A DNA stretch of 63,887 bases, counting the filler. It is 6 parts of 6 records of this genome, joined end to end, with 100 filler letters (N's around TTAATTAATTAA, not from the genome) between each part and the next. Parts side by side here need not be neighbours in the genome. Positions count along the whole stretch, not along the records: positions 23,578 to 38,294 come from SRR2962707_3647; 5 more parts are not named here. One strand, given 5' to 3'. This document shows positions 24,495 to 33,901 of the stretch, piece by piece; the stretch's first letter is position 1, and each line of letters opens with the position of its first letter. The notes beneath the pieces are model-generated. The model was not told the DNA's origin and did not search any database. It worked only from the letters and a program-made list of their open reading frames with translations. A program made the position numbers and the translations under genes.

Positions 24495-25859
24495 TCAGGC
24501 GCGATGACCGCCGGACGCCGCCTTCTTCAAATGATGACCGGCGAGGAAGTAATGCGCCGCCGCCCAGAGGTTCAGCAAAGCTGTGCCGAACAACGCCCAG
24601 CGCAGCGACTGGTTGCCCATGCCCATCGTGTGATTGAAGAAGTCCGACAGGATACCGACGAATTGCGGGCCGAAGCCGAGGCCAATGATGTTGAGGATAA
24701 AGAGCATCACGGCGGAGGCGAGCGCGCGTTTCGCAGGCGGCGTCAGCGTCTGGATCATGGCGAAGGACGGGCCGAGATAGAAGGCGCCGAGAAATGCGAT
24801 CGGCACATAGAGAACCCAGAGGATCGAGACGGGATAGCCCGCCACATGGAAGGCCGGCCAGTTGCCCATGAGGTAGAAGGCAACAATGAACGGCACCACG
24901 AGAACCTTCGCCCAGGCGACGACCCAGGTGTTCCAGCGCACGTCCCCGGCGGCCAGCCTGTCGGTCAGCCGTCCGCCAAAATAAGCGCCGAGGCCGCCAA
25001 CGACACCGACGATGAGCGCGAGAAAGGTCGACACTTCGCCGATGGACATACCGTGTGTGCGGATAAGGAAGGCCGGTCCCCACATGACGCCGCCATAGCC
25101 GACGAAAGACGTGATCGTGACACCGCAGACGACGTGCCGCGCGGCCGCCGTGTGCCAGAGATGGTGGAAGCCTTCCTTGACGATAACGAGGCCGGTCTTG
25201 AAATTGAGCGGCGCGTCGGATTTTTCCGGTACCATGCCGTCGGCGCCACCGCGCGCCGGTTCCCTCAACGTGAAACGGACAAGCAGCGCAAGCAGAATAC
25301 CCGGCAGGCCGACCACGAAGAAGGCGGCACGCCAGCCGTACCAGACGGCGACCCAGCCGCCGACGAGGAAGCCGATCATCACGCCGAAATAGACACCGAG
25401 TGAATAAATCGCCATCGCACTGGCGCGCTCGTTCGGCGCGTACATGTCGGCGATCATCGAATGAGAGGGCGGGCTCGATCCCGCCTCGCCGACACCGACG
25501 CCGATGCGCGCGAGCGCAAGCTGCCAAAAACTCCCGGCAAGGCCGCACAGCGCCGTCATGCCGCTCCATATCGCGATTGCCCAGGCGACGATGTTGCGCC
25601 GGTTGCCCCGATCGGCGACGAGTGCGATCGGAATGCCGAGCGTCGCGTAGAAGATCGCGAAGGCGATGCCGGAAAGGAAGCCAAGCTGCGTGTCGGAAAG
25701 GAGGAGGTCCGCCTTGATGGGCTCAAGAAGGATCCCCATGATGTTTCGGTCGACATGGCTCGACGTGTAGCCGAGCACGAGAATCATCAGTGCGTAGCGT
25801 CTGTAGCCCGGCGACATCGTCGCAGGCGTCGCCCCGTTCGCCGTTGTGGCTTCGGCCAT
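24495..25859 (-). CDS. Spinster-family MFS transporter
   Basis: DRNIMGILLEPIKADL.LSDTQLG, ADRGNRR, ARIGVGVGEA; about 12 hydrophobic segments. Confidence 0.9.
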   Translation of the reverse strand: MAEATTANGATPATMSPGYRRYALMILVLGYTSSHVDRNIMGILLEPIKADLLLSDTQLGFLSGIAFAIFYATLGIPIALVADRGNRRNIVAWAIAIWSGMTALCGLAGSFWQLALARIGVGVGEAGSSPPSHSMIADMYAPNERASAMAIYSLGVYFGVMIGFLVGGWVAVWYGWRAAFFVVGLPGILLALLVRFTLREPARGGADGMVPEKSDAPLNFKTGLVIVKEGFHHLWHTAAARHVVCGVTITSFVGYGGVMWGPAFLIRTHGMSIGEVSTFLALIVGVVGGLGAYFGGRLTDRLAAGDVRWNTWVVAWAKVLVVPFIVAFYLMGNWPAFHVAGYPVSILWVLYVPIAFLGAFYLGPSFAMIQTLTPPAKRALASAVMLFILNIIGLGFGPQFVGILSDFFNHTMGMGNQSLRWALFGTALLNLWAAAHYFLAGHHLKKAASGGHRA

Positions 25860-26005
25860 TCTCTACTTCCCCCGAATGTCTTTTCTTTGGTGCGGCGACT
25901 CTACTGGCGCTTGCAAAGCACTGCAATCGGCGCTCGCTTGCGATGCCGCGCTCCCCTGCCATAATCCCGGCAACCAGAAACGCCCGTTCAGCCGGAGGCC
26001 TTCAG

Positions 26006-27196
26006 ATGACCGCAGCCAAGCCCGTTCCCTTCACGATCGACATCCCGCAAGGGAAGCTCGACGCGATCCTCGCCAAGGTGCGCGCCTATGAGTGGCACGA
26101 GATGCCGGAGATCGAGCCCGGTGCCGACCGCTGGGTCTATGGCGCGGACATGGACTACATGCGTGAACTTTGCACCTATTGGACGGACAAGTTCGACTGG
26201 CGCGCAGCAGAAAAGAAGCTCAACGCCTTTCCGCAGTTTTACGCGGAAGTGGACGGCCAGAAGATTCACTTCATCCACGTGAAGGGCTCCGGCGCGAAGC
26301 CGGAGACCATTATCATGACGCATGGCTGGCCGGGCTCCGTGTTCGAGTTCAACGACGTGATCGACCGGATGGCGCATCCCGAAAAATTCGGCGGTAATGC
26401 CGAAGACGGCGTGAACCTCGTCGTTCCCTCGCTGCCAGGCTACGGCTTTTCCGGCAAACTGAAAAAGCCCATCGGCCCGAAGGGGACCGCCGCGCTCTGG
26501 GACAAGCTGATGCGGGACGTGCTCGGCTACGAAACCTATATCGCGCAGGGCGGCGACTGGGGCTCGGTCGTCTCGGGCTGGCTCGCCTATGAACATTCCG
26601 TCGCGAAAGGCGGCGGCTGCAAGGCGGTGCATCTCAATATGTATGGCGTGCGGCCGGCCGCCTTGCCGGAAACGGACGAGGAGAAGCAATGGGCGGCCGG
26701 CGCCGCCATGACCTTCGAGCTTGAAAGCGCCTATCTGCGCCTTCAGATGACGAAGCCTCAGACGCTCTCCTACGGCATGATGGACAGCCCGGTCGGCGCG
26801 GCCGCCTGGATCGTCGAGAAGTTCAACGGCTGGTCGGACCGGCGCGGCCCCGACGGCAAGGAGCATATCGAGAACGCCTATACCAAGGACCAGCTTCTGA
26901 CGAGCGTGATGATTTATCTCGTCACGGGAACCTTCAACACGGCTACGTGGTTCTACCGGGGCATGTTCGAGGAGGGCGGCACCAGCATGGCACCGGGTAC
27001 GAAGGTCGAGGTCCCGACCGGCATAGCGAACTTTCCGAAGGAATTCCTCGTCTTTCCGCCGCGCAGCATGGTGGAGAAGGGATACAACATCGCGCGCTGG
27101 ACGGATTTTGAGCATGGCGGCCATTTTGCCGCGCTCGAAACGGGCAGCGTTTTCTCGGACGACGTTCTTGCTTTCGTCCGCCAGGTGAAGGGCTGA
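26006..27196 (+). CDS. Epoxide hydrolase (microsomal-EH/EHN-type alpha/beta hydrolase), copy 1
   Basis: GGAGG RBS before ATG 26006; FDWR..E..LN.FPQ, HGWPGS, PSLPGYGFS, QGGDWG, GGHFAALE. Confidence 0.9.
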   Translation: MTAAKPVPFTIDIPQGKLDAILAKVRAYEWHEMPEIEPGADRWVYGADMDYMRELCTYWTDKFDWRAAEKKLNAFPQFYAEVDGQKIHFIHVKGSGAKPETIIMTHGWPGSVFEFNDVIDRMAHPEKFGGNAEDGVNLVVPSLPGYGFSGKLKKPIGPKGTAALWDKLMRDVLGYETYIAQGGDWGSVVSGWLAYEHSVAKGGGCKAVHLNMYGVRPAALPETDEEKQWAAGAAMTFELESAYLRLQMTKPQTLSYGMMDSPVGAAAWIVEKFNGWSDRRGPDGKEHIENAYTKDQLLTSVMIYLVTGTFNTATWFYRGMFEEGGTSMAPGTKVEVPTGIANFPKEFLVFPPRSMVEKGYNIARWTDFEHGGHFAALETGSVFSDDVLAFVRQVKG

Positions 27197-27202
27197 GCGT
27201 CC

Positions 27203-28426
27203 ATGTCGCATCGCATCGTGCCAGCCGATCCGTTTTCGATCCATGTCCCCGATGCCGAGGTCGAGGATCTGAAGCGCCGCCTGCAGCGCACGCGCTTTCC
27301 GAACGAACCGCGCGGCAACGAGCATTGGGACTACGGCACGAGCCTTCCCTATATGGAGCGGCTCGTCGAATACTGGCGCGACGATTTCGACTGGCGCGCG
27401 GCGGAGGCGAGCCTCAACCGCTTTCCGCAATACCGCGCTACGCTGACGGACGACGAAGGCGAGGATCACACGATCCACTTCATCTATGAGCGCGGCTCGG
27501 GCGACAATCCAGTGCCGCTGATCCTCACCCACGGCTGGCCGTCGACCTTCCGCGAGTTCCTCGACGTGGTCGACCCGCTCGCGCACCCCGAAAAATACGG
27601 CAAGCCGGGCCCGGCTTTCGATGTGATCGTGCCGTCGTTGATCGGCTACGGCTTCTCGTCGCTGCCGAGGAAGCCCATAGGGCCGGGCGCCATTGCCGAT
27701 CTCTGGCACCGGCTGATGACGGAAGTGCTCGGCTACGACCGCTATGCGGCGGAAGCGGGCGACTGGGGAAGTTTCGTGACCTCGCGCCTCGCCCTTCAAC
27801 ACGCGGATGCGGTGATGGGCATTCATCTGACGATGCTGCCGCTCCGCCCGCACCTGAAGCATGAGAGCCAGCCGCCGGTAACGGAAGAAGAAGGCCACTG
27901 GATTGCGAAGATGCAAAAATGGTGGCGGCAGGAGGAAGGCTATCGCTCAATCCAGTCGACAAAGCCGATGGCGCTCGCCTTCGGCCTGCTGGACAGCCCG
28001 GCCGGCCTCGCCGGATGGCTTGCCGACAAATATTACCGCCTCGGCGACACCGACAAGACCGAGACCATGGAAGGCATGCTCGCGCGCTTTCCCTTCGACC
28101 ATATTCTGACCCAGTTTTCGATCTACTGGTTCACCGGCACGATCAATTCGGCGAACACGCTCTACAAGGCGGGGCCCGCCGAGGGAACGTCGCTTCTGAA
28201 GCCGGGAGAGAAGGTGACTGTGCCGACGGCCTATTCCGAATATCCAATCGACGTCTTGCCGGACACCCCGCGCACATGGGCGGACCGTGGCTACAACATT
28301 GCGCGCTGGCGGATGATGGATCGCGGCGGGCATTTCGCAGCGATGGAAGAGCCTGAGCTCTTTGCCGACGACGTGCGCGACGCCTTCCGCGAAATGGGAA
28401 TAACATCGGGAGCCAAAGCCGAATGA
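27203..28426 (+). CDS. Epoxide hydrolase (EHN-type), copy 2
   Basis: FDWR..E..LN.FPQ, HGWPST, PSLIGYGFS, EAGDWG, GGHFAAME. Confidence 0.9.
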   Translation: MSHRIVPADPFSIHVPDAEVEDLKRRLQRTRFPNEPRGNEHWDYGTSLPYMERLVEYWRDDFDWRAAEASLNRFPQYRATLTDDEGEDHTIHFIYERGSGDNPVPLILTHGWPSTFREFLDVVDPLAHPEKYGKPGPAFDVIVPSLIGYGFSSLPRKPIGPGAIADLWHRLMTEVLGYDRYAAEAGDWGSFVTSRLALQHADAVMGIHLTMLPLRPHLKHESQPPVTEEEGHWIAKMQKWWRQEEGYRSIQSTKPMALAFGLLDSPAGLAGWLADKYYRLGDTDKTETMEGMLARFPFDHILTQFSIYWFTGTINSANTLYKAGPAEGTSLLKPGEKVTVPTAYSEYPIDVLPDTPRTWADRGYNIARWRMMDRGGHFAAMEEPELFADDVRDAFREMGITSGAKAE

Positions 28427-30198
28427 CCCTCGACCAGGGGCTGGCCTTTGGCATCCTCTTCATGGCGCTGGTGCTCTTCGCATCGGGCAAACTGCGTCAC
28501 GACATCGTTGCCCTGATCTCGCTTGTCGCCGTGTCGTTGGCAGGCCTTGTCGAGCCGACGGAAATCCTGTCGGGCTTCGGGCACCCGGCGGTGATAACGG
28601 TCGCGGCCGTGCTCGTCGTGTCGGCGGCACTCAGAAGTTCCGGCCTTGTCGATGTCGTGGTGAGGCGGCTCGTACCGCTGACGAAGACGACCACGGGCCA
28701 TATCGGCATCCTGACGGGCGTTGTCGCCCTCGCCTCTTCCTTCATGAACAATGTCGGCGCGCTGGCGGTCATGCTGCCGGTCGCGCTGGCCACCGCGGCG
28801 GAACGCGGACGCCCGGCCGCCATGCTGCTTATGCCGCTCGCGTTCGGTTCGATGCTGGGCGGCATGATCACCCTGATCGGCACACCACCGAACATCATCA
28901 TCGCGAGCTTCCGCCGCTCCTATACCGATCAGCCCTTCGGCATGTTCGACTTCGCCTGGGTGGGACTGCCCGTCGCCATCATCGGCATCCTCTTCATCGC
29001 GCTCGGCGCCTGGCGGCTCATCCCCCGCGAGCGGAAGGGCGGCGTTGCCCCCGAAGACATGTTCAGCCTGGAAGAATATGTGATCGAGGTGCGCGTCGGC
29101 GAAAAGAGCCCGCTTGCCGGAAGACGCATCACGCATATGGAGAACGCGGCGGGCGAGGATATCGTTATCGCCGCGCGCGTGCGCGAGGACGGCCAGCTCT
29201 ACCAGCCGGAAAGCTGGCAGCCGGTGGAGGTGAACGACCTCTTCGTCCTGCGCGCGGACCCGGCTGACCTGGCTGAGTTTCTCAGTGAACAAAATCTGGA
29301 ACTGGTGGGATCCGACGGCGAGGCCCGCGCGGACATCAAGAGTGCGGATCTGAAACTGATCGAAGCAATCATCGGGCCCAATTCGCCGCTGATCGGCTTC
29401 GGCCCCCGCACGCTGAAGCGCCTCGCGAGCGACGAGTTCGATCTTTTTGCGGTCGCGCGCCGCGGCGAGCCCATCGGCGGGCGGCTGCACAATGTCCGCT
29501 TCCAGACCGGCGACGTGCTGCTGCTGCAGACCCACGAGGAATCGGACCTGCAGGTATCAGCCGACCTCGGACTGCTGCCGCTGCCCGAACGCGGGCTGAA
29601 ACTCGGCGGACCACGACGCCTCGGCACCGCCTTCACGATTTTCGGCGGCGCCATCGCCCTGTCGATGGTAGGCGTCATGCCCATCGGCGTTGCCTTTCTC
29701 GCCGCAGTCGTTCTCTACGTGATTACCGGCATCCTGCCGCTCCGCGATCTTTACCGCCATATCGACTGGCCGGTGATCGTGCTGCTGGGTGCGATGATCC
29801 CCGTGGGGCAAGCCTTGCAGAATACGGGCTCCGACAAGCTCATCGCCGAAAGCATCGCCGGCATGGCAGGCACGCTGCCGCTCTGGGCGTTGATCACAGT
29901 ATTGCTTGTCGTCACCATGTTTCTGACCGACATCATCAACAACGCGGCGACGGCGCTCATCATGGCGCCGATTTCGATTGCGGTTGCGCAGGCGCTGGGC
30001 GCCAACCCTGACGCTTTCCTGATGACGATTGCGATCGGCGCGAGTTGCTCGTTCCTGACGCCCATCGGACATCAGTCGAACACCCTCGTCATGGGACCGG
30101 GAGGCTACAAGTTTTCTGACTACTGGCGGCTCGGCCTGCCGCTCGAAATCGTGGTGACGCTGGTCGCGGTGCCGACGATCCTCTTCTTCTGGACCTGA
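28423..30198 (+). CDS. SLC13/DASS-family permease with TrkA-C domains
   Basis: SSFMNNVG, TLIGTPPN, SFLTPIGHQSN; central soluble region; ATGA overlap with the upstream gene. Confidence 0.88.
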   Translation: MTLDQGLAFGILFMALVLFASGKLRHDIVALISLVAVSLAGLVEPTEILSGFGHPAVITVAAVLVVSAALRSSGLVDVVVRRLVPLTKTTTGHIGILTGVVALASSFMNNVGALAVMLPVALATAAERGRPAAMLLMPLAFGSMLGGMITLIGTPPNIIIASFRRSYTDQPFGMFDFAWVGLPVAIIGILFIALGAWRLIPRERKGGVAPEDMFSLEEYVIEVRVGEKSPLAGRRITHMENAAGEDIVIAARVREDGQLYQPESWQPVEVNDLFVLRADPADLAEFLSEQNLELVGSDGEARADIKSADLKLIEAIIGPNSPLIGFGPRTLKRLASDEFDLFAVARRGEPIGGRLHNVRFQTGDVLLLQTHEESDLQVSADLGLLPLPERGLKLGGPRRLGTAFTIFGGAIALSMVGVMPIGVAFLAAVVLYVITGILPLRDLYRHIDWPVIVLLGAMIPVGQALQNTGSDKLIAESIAGMAGTLPLWALITVLLVVTMFLTDIINNAATALIMAPISIAVAQALGANPDAFLMTIAIGASCSFLTPIGHQSNTLVMGPGGYKFSDYWRLGLPLEIVVTLVAVPTILFFWT

Positions 30199-30208
30199 CG
30201 GACGCGCT

Positions 30209-30733
30209 TCAGTCCGGCACGCCCGCTCCGATGTCGATCCACTGCGTGTCCTCGTATCCGAGGATTTCGTAAGGACCCGGATCGTAGGCGACGGGATCGA
30301 GCGTGCCGAAATAGGAGAGGATCATCCAGTGGCCGGAGTGGCGATGAAACATCGGTAGCGCCAGAACCTCGGCCCTGTCGACCATGTTGTCGCGGCGGCT
30401 GCGGATAATGTTCCAGCGCCCGCACGGATGTGAGATTTGGGAGTTGAGAAGCTTCAGATAATCGGGCCGTACCTGGGGCAACATGAGATCGAGGGAGTTC
30501 TTGCCGGTCGGATCGAACCCCATGGCGCGACATACGGCGGTGCCGGTCAGACGCTGCAGGACAAGGTCGTCGGAAACGATTTCGAGGATCGTCACGGCAG
30601 GCATCAAGGCGGCGATGCGGGCCGGGCTGAATTCGCTCCGATCCGGCACGACACCGTCTTTCGGCAGGCTGGCCCAGTAGCTGAAAAACTTCCTGGCCCC
30701 GATGGTCTGCAGAACGTCGGGCTCGGCAAGCAT
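30209..30733 (-). CDS. Stand-alone PAS domain protein (PAS_5/DUF1457-like)
   Basis: FFSYW...VPDRSEFSP..I..LMP.V.ILE...RL.GT...G.D.TG pattern. Confidence 0.75.
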   Translation of the reverse strand: MLAEPDVLQTIGARKFFSYWASLPKDGVVPDRSEFSPARIAALMPAVTILEIVSDDLVLQRLTGTAVCRAMGFDPTGKNSLDLMLPQVRPDYLKLLNSQISHPCGRWNIIRSRRDNMVDRAEVLALPMFHRHSGHWMILSYFGTLDPVAYDPGPYEILGYEDTQWIDIGAGVPD

Positions 30734-30819
30734 GGAATTCTTCCTGCCAGATACGAAAACGAGACACTCGCCTTCGTTCTAGGCAGGCTTGCTTAACGTT
30801 AGATGAATCGGAGGGCGGC

Positions 30820-31779
30820 TCAGGAAAGGCCGAGCCGGCCCATGGCGAGGAATTTCTCGCGCCGCACGCGGCGAATGGAATCCGCGTCGAGCTTTTCGAG
30901 GCCCTTGAGCTCTTCCGCTATGGCGTCGCCCGTTTCCTTGATCATTTGCTGGCGCTCGCGATGCGCGCCACCAGTGGGTTCCGGCAGGATACGATCGATC
31001 ACGCCGAGTTCCTTAAGGTGCTGCGCGGTGATCTTCATCGCGGTCGCCGCATCTTTCGCCTTGTCGGAACTGCGCCAGAGGATCGACGATGCGCCTTCCG
31101 GCGAGATCACGCTGTAGATCGAATGTTCGAGCATCAGCACCCGGTTGCCGCAGGCAATGCCGATGGCGCCGCCGGACATGCCCTCGCCGATGATGACCGA
31201 GATGAGCGGCACACCGAGCGACAGGCAGCGATCCGTCGAGCGCGCAATCGCCTCGGCGACGCTGCGCTCTTCGCTTTCCATGCCGGGATAGGCTCCCGAC
31301 GTATCGGCCAGCGTGACGACCGGAATGCCGAAGCGTTCGGCCAGGTTCATCAGGCGGATCGCCTTGCGATAACCTTCCGGGCGCGCCATGCCGAAATTGT
31401 GCTTGATGCGGCTCTGGGTGTCGGAGCCCTTCTCGTGGCCGATGAACATGACCGAGCGGCCGCGAAAACGGCCGAGCCCGCCGACGATGGCGCAGTCCTC
31501 GCCATAAAGCCGGTCGCCCGCAAGCGGTGTGAAGTCTTCCGCGAGACGTTCGACATAATCGAGGAAGTGGGGCCGCGAGGGATGACGCGCCACCTGCACT
31601 TTTTGCCAGGGCGTCAGCGCGGCATAGGTTTCCTGCAAAAGCTGCGACGCCTTGACCTCAAGCTTCGCTACTTCATCGCCAATGCTGACCGACGGGTCTT
31701 CCTGCGCGAGGAGCTTCAGCTCCTGCACCTTTCCCTCTAGCTCAGCAATCGGTTTCTCGAAATCGAGATAGGTGTGCAT
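30820..31779 (-). CDS. accA: Acetyl-CoA carboxylase carboxyltransferase alpha subunit
   Basis: MHTYLDFEKPI, VARHPSRP, NFGMARPEGYRKA, YSVISPEG. Confidence 0.97.
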   Translation of the reverse strand: MHTYLDFEKPIAELEGKVQELKLLAQEDPSVSIGDEVAKLEVKASQLLQETYAALTPWQKVQVARHPSRPHFLDYVERLAEDFTPLAGDRLYGEDCAIVGGLGRFRGRSVMFIGHEKGSDTQSRIKHNFGMARPEGYRKAIRLMNLAERFGIPVVTLADTSGAYPGMESEERSVAEAIARSTDRCLSLGVPLISVIIGEGMSGGAIGIACGNRVLMLEHSIYSVISPEGASSILWRSSDKAKDAATAMKITAQHLKELGVIDRILPEPTGGAHRERQQMIKETGDAIAEELKGLEKLDADSIRRVRREKFLAMGRLGLS

Positions 31780-31946
31780 CGCGCTCCGGCAGCTCCCGCT
31801 CGGCCGCCAACGCGGAACCGGCGAACGGGCCTCTCGCGGGGACCCGCTATTTGCAAGTGCGCGGCACACTGGCCCGCCCCCGCCTGCTTGTCAACCGGCG
31901 GTGCGCCCAAAGGTAAATGGCGGAATCCTGCGCTTCTCCAGACCCG

Positions 31947-31973
31947 TGTCACAAAGCCGGAAGCTGCTTCGTC
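31947..31973 (+). promoter_or_regulatory. ECF41-type sigma promoter TGTCACA-N16-CGTC
   Basis: Exact match to the published ECF41 consensus, 39 bp upstream of the operon that encodes the ECF41 sigma factor. Confidence 0.85.
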
Positions 31974-32012
31974 TTGAAGGGAAATACGCGTCCAAACAGC
32001 AGGAGGCTCCGT

Positions 32013-32435
32013 ATGACCGAAGTTGCCATAACCCACCACCGCAACCGGGCTCTGAAAACAACCGCACTCGCGATCTGGGGCCTGATCTGGCTCATAAACG
32101 CTCTCTGGATGCTGGCGGACCCGGCAGGCTGGTACGCGACCATAGACGGCGTTCCGAACACTGGCCCCTACAATCATCACTTCGTTCGCGACATCGGCGT
32201 CGCTTACCTGATGCTCGCCCTGCTGGTAGCGGCCGCGATCCGCTGGCCGGGCAAGGCAGTCCCCTTCCTCGGCGCGGTCACGCTTTATCTCGGCCTGCAT
32301 GCCCTGCTGCATGTTTGGGACATCGCCGCCGCTCGCCTTCCCGCGGAGCATGTGCTGGTGGACCTGCCCGGCGTCTTCCTGCCGCCTTTCATTGCCGCCG
32401 CGCTCACCTGGTGGTGCGCGCCGGCCCGTTCCTGA
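32013..32435 (+). CDS. Small membrane protein (~4 TM), first gene of the ECF41 operon
   Basis: AGGAGG RBS; hydrophobic helices; GPYNHHFVRDIG and HALLH motifs. Confidence 0.8.
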   Translation: MTEVAITHHRNRALKTTALAIWGLIWLINALWMLADPAGWYATIDGVPNTGPYNHHFVRDIGVAYLMLALLVAAAIRWPGKAVPFLGAVTLYLGLHALLHVWDIAAARLPAEHVLVDLPGVFLPPFIAAALTWWCAPARS

Positions 32436-32456
32436 CCTCATACCAAGGAGACAATC

Positions 32457-33008
32457 ATGTTCGGATTTCTCGCTCGCCGCCTTATCGACATGCAGGAGCG
32501 GATGACCGGCTCAAGCGCGGATTATGCGCGCGACCTCTATGCCGGATCGCCCAGTGCCTTCTGGCGCTTTACGGTTTCCATGATGTCGTCCCGCTATGTG
32601 AAGACGCTTCCGCCCGAAGTCTACTGTGTCGCAGGCCTCGCTGCCCTGCGTGCGGAGGACTGCGGCCCTTGCGTCCAGATCGGCGTCAACCTCGCTCTCG
32701 ACCAGGGCATCGCCCCGGCAGTTATCCGCGCGGCCGCGATTGGCGACATCGAATCCCTCAGCAAAGAGAACCGCCTCGCCTTTGAATTTGCCCACGCCGT
32801 GGCAACGCGCAACTTTCGCGCCGAGGAATTGCGCCCCATGATCGAAGGAAACTGGGGCAAGACCGGGCTTGCCGAACTGGCCCTTGAGATCGCAAGCGTC
32901 CGGGCTTATCCGGCGATGAAGCGTGCTTTAGGCTATGGTCAAGCCTGCCAGCGTGTCGTTATCGAAGGTGAGGTAGCCGACGCTCGGCCAAGAGAGGCAG
33001 CAGCATGA
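32457..33008 (+). CDS. AhpD/carboxymuconolactone-decarboxylase-like protein with CxxC
   Basis: AAGGAG RBS; EDCGPC motif; this class is a typical ECF41 neighbour. Confidence 0.7.
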   Translation: MFGFLARRLIDMQERMTGSSADYARDLYAGSPSAFWRFTVSMMSSRYVKTLPPEVYCVAGLAALRAEDCGPCVQIGVNLALDQGIAPAVIRAAAIGDIESLSKENRLAFEFAHAVATRNFRAEELRPMIEGNWGKTGLAELALEIASVRAYPAMKRALGYGQACQRVVIEGEVADARPREAAA

Positions 33009-33901
33009 ACGCGACGGCGCGAGCGGCGGGAAGCGACGAAATTTTCGAGCGTCATCGCGGCCGCGCCTTTTCCGTCGCCTACCGCATTCTGGGTTCCGTC
33101 GCTGACGCCGAAGACGTTGTGCAAGACGCCTGGCTGCGCTGGCAGAACACCGACACATCTGAAATTCAAACCCCGGAAGCATGGCTCGTGACCACGGTCG
33201 CGCGGCTCGCCATCGACCAGCTTCGCAGCGCCCGGGCAAGACGCGAAACCTATGTCGGCCCCTGGCTGCCGGAACCCATCATCGGCATTGCGCAGGAGAG
33301 CGAGCCCTCGCCCGAAGACCGGCTCTCGCTCGCCGACGACATATCGATGGCGCTGCTGCACATGCTGGAGCGGCTCGCGCCGGAAGAACGCGCGGCCTTT
33401 CTGCTGCATGACGCTTTCGACTATGGCTACGGCGAACTCGCCGCTCTGCTCGGAAAATCGGAAGCCGCTTGCCGCCAGACGGTGAGCCGCGCGCGGCGGC
33501 GCGTGAAAGAAACCCATCCGCGCTTCGACACCAGCGCGCGCGAACATTTGCGTCTCGCGACGGCCTTCAGCAGCGCAATCGCGTCCGCTGACCCCAAGGC
33601 GTTGCTCGACTGTTTCAGCGACGATGTGGTGTTCTATTCGGATGGCGGCGGCAAGGCGCTTGCCGCCCTGAACCCGCTATACGGACCCGACCACGTGACG
33701 CGCTTTTTCATGGGCATTCTGAAAAAACGGCCAGAGAGTCTTTCCGTGCGTCCTGCAACCGTGAACGGATTGCCCGGGTTTCTTCTGACGGAAGGAGACG
33801 AGGCCCACTCGGCGCTGAGCTTCGGCATCAGCGATGGGCGCATCTCGGCGGTCTATATGATCCGCAATCCCGACAAGCTCCAGCGCGCGATGCTGCGTTA
33901 G
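33005..33901 (+). CDS. sigJ: ECF41 (SigJ-like) sigma factor with C-terminal SnoaL-like extension
   Basis: AYRILGSVADAEDVVQ, YVGPWLPEP, SDGGGK and NPDKL, which are the ECF41 signature motifs. Confidence 0.92.
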   Translation: MNATARAAGSDEIFERHRGRAFSVAYRILGSVADAEDVVQDAWLRWQNTDTSEIQTPEAWLVTTVARLAIDQLRSARARRETYVGPWLPEPIIGIAQESEPSPEDRLSLADDISMALLHMLERLAPEERAAFLLHDAFDYGYGELAALLGKSEAACRQTVSRARRRVKETHPRFDTSAREHLRLATAFSSAIASADPKALLDCFSDDVVFYSDGGGKALAALNPLYGPDHVTRFFMGILKKRPESLSVRPATVNGLPGFLLTEGDEAHSALSFGISDGRISAVYMIRNPDKLQRAMLR

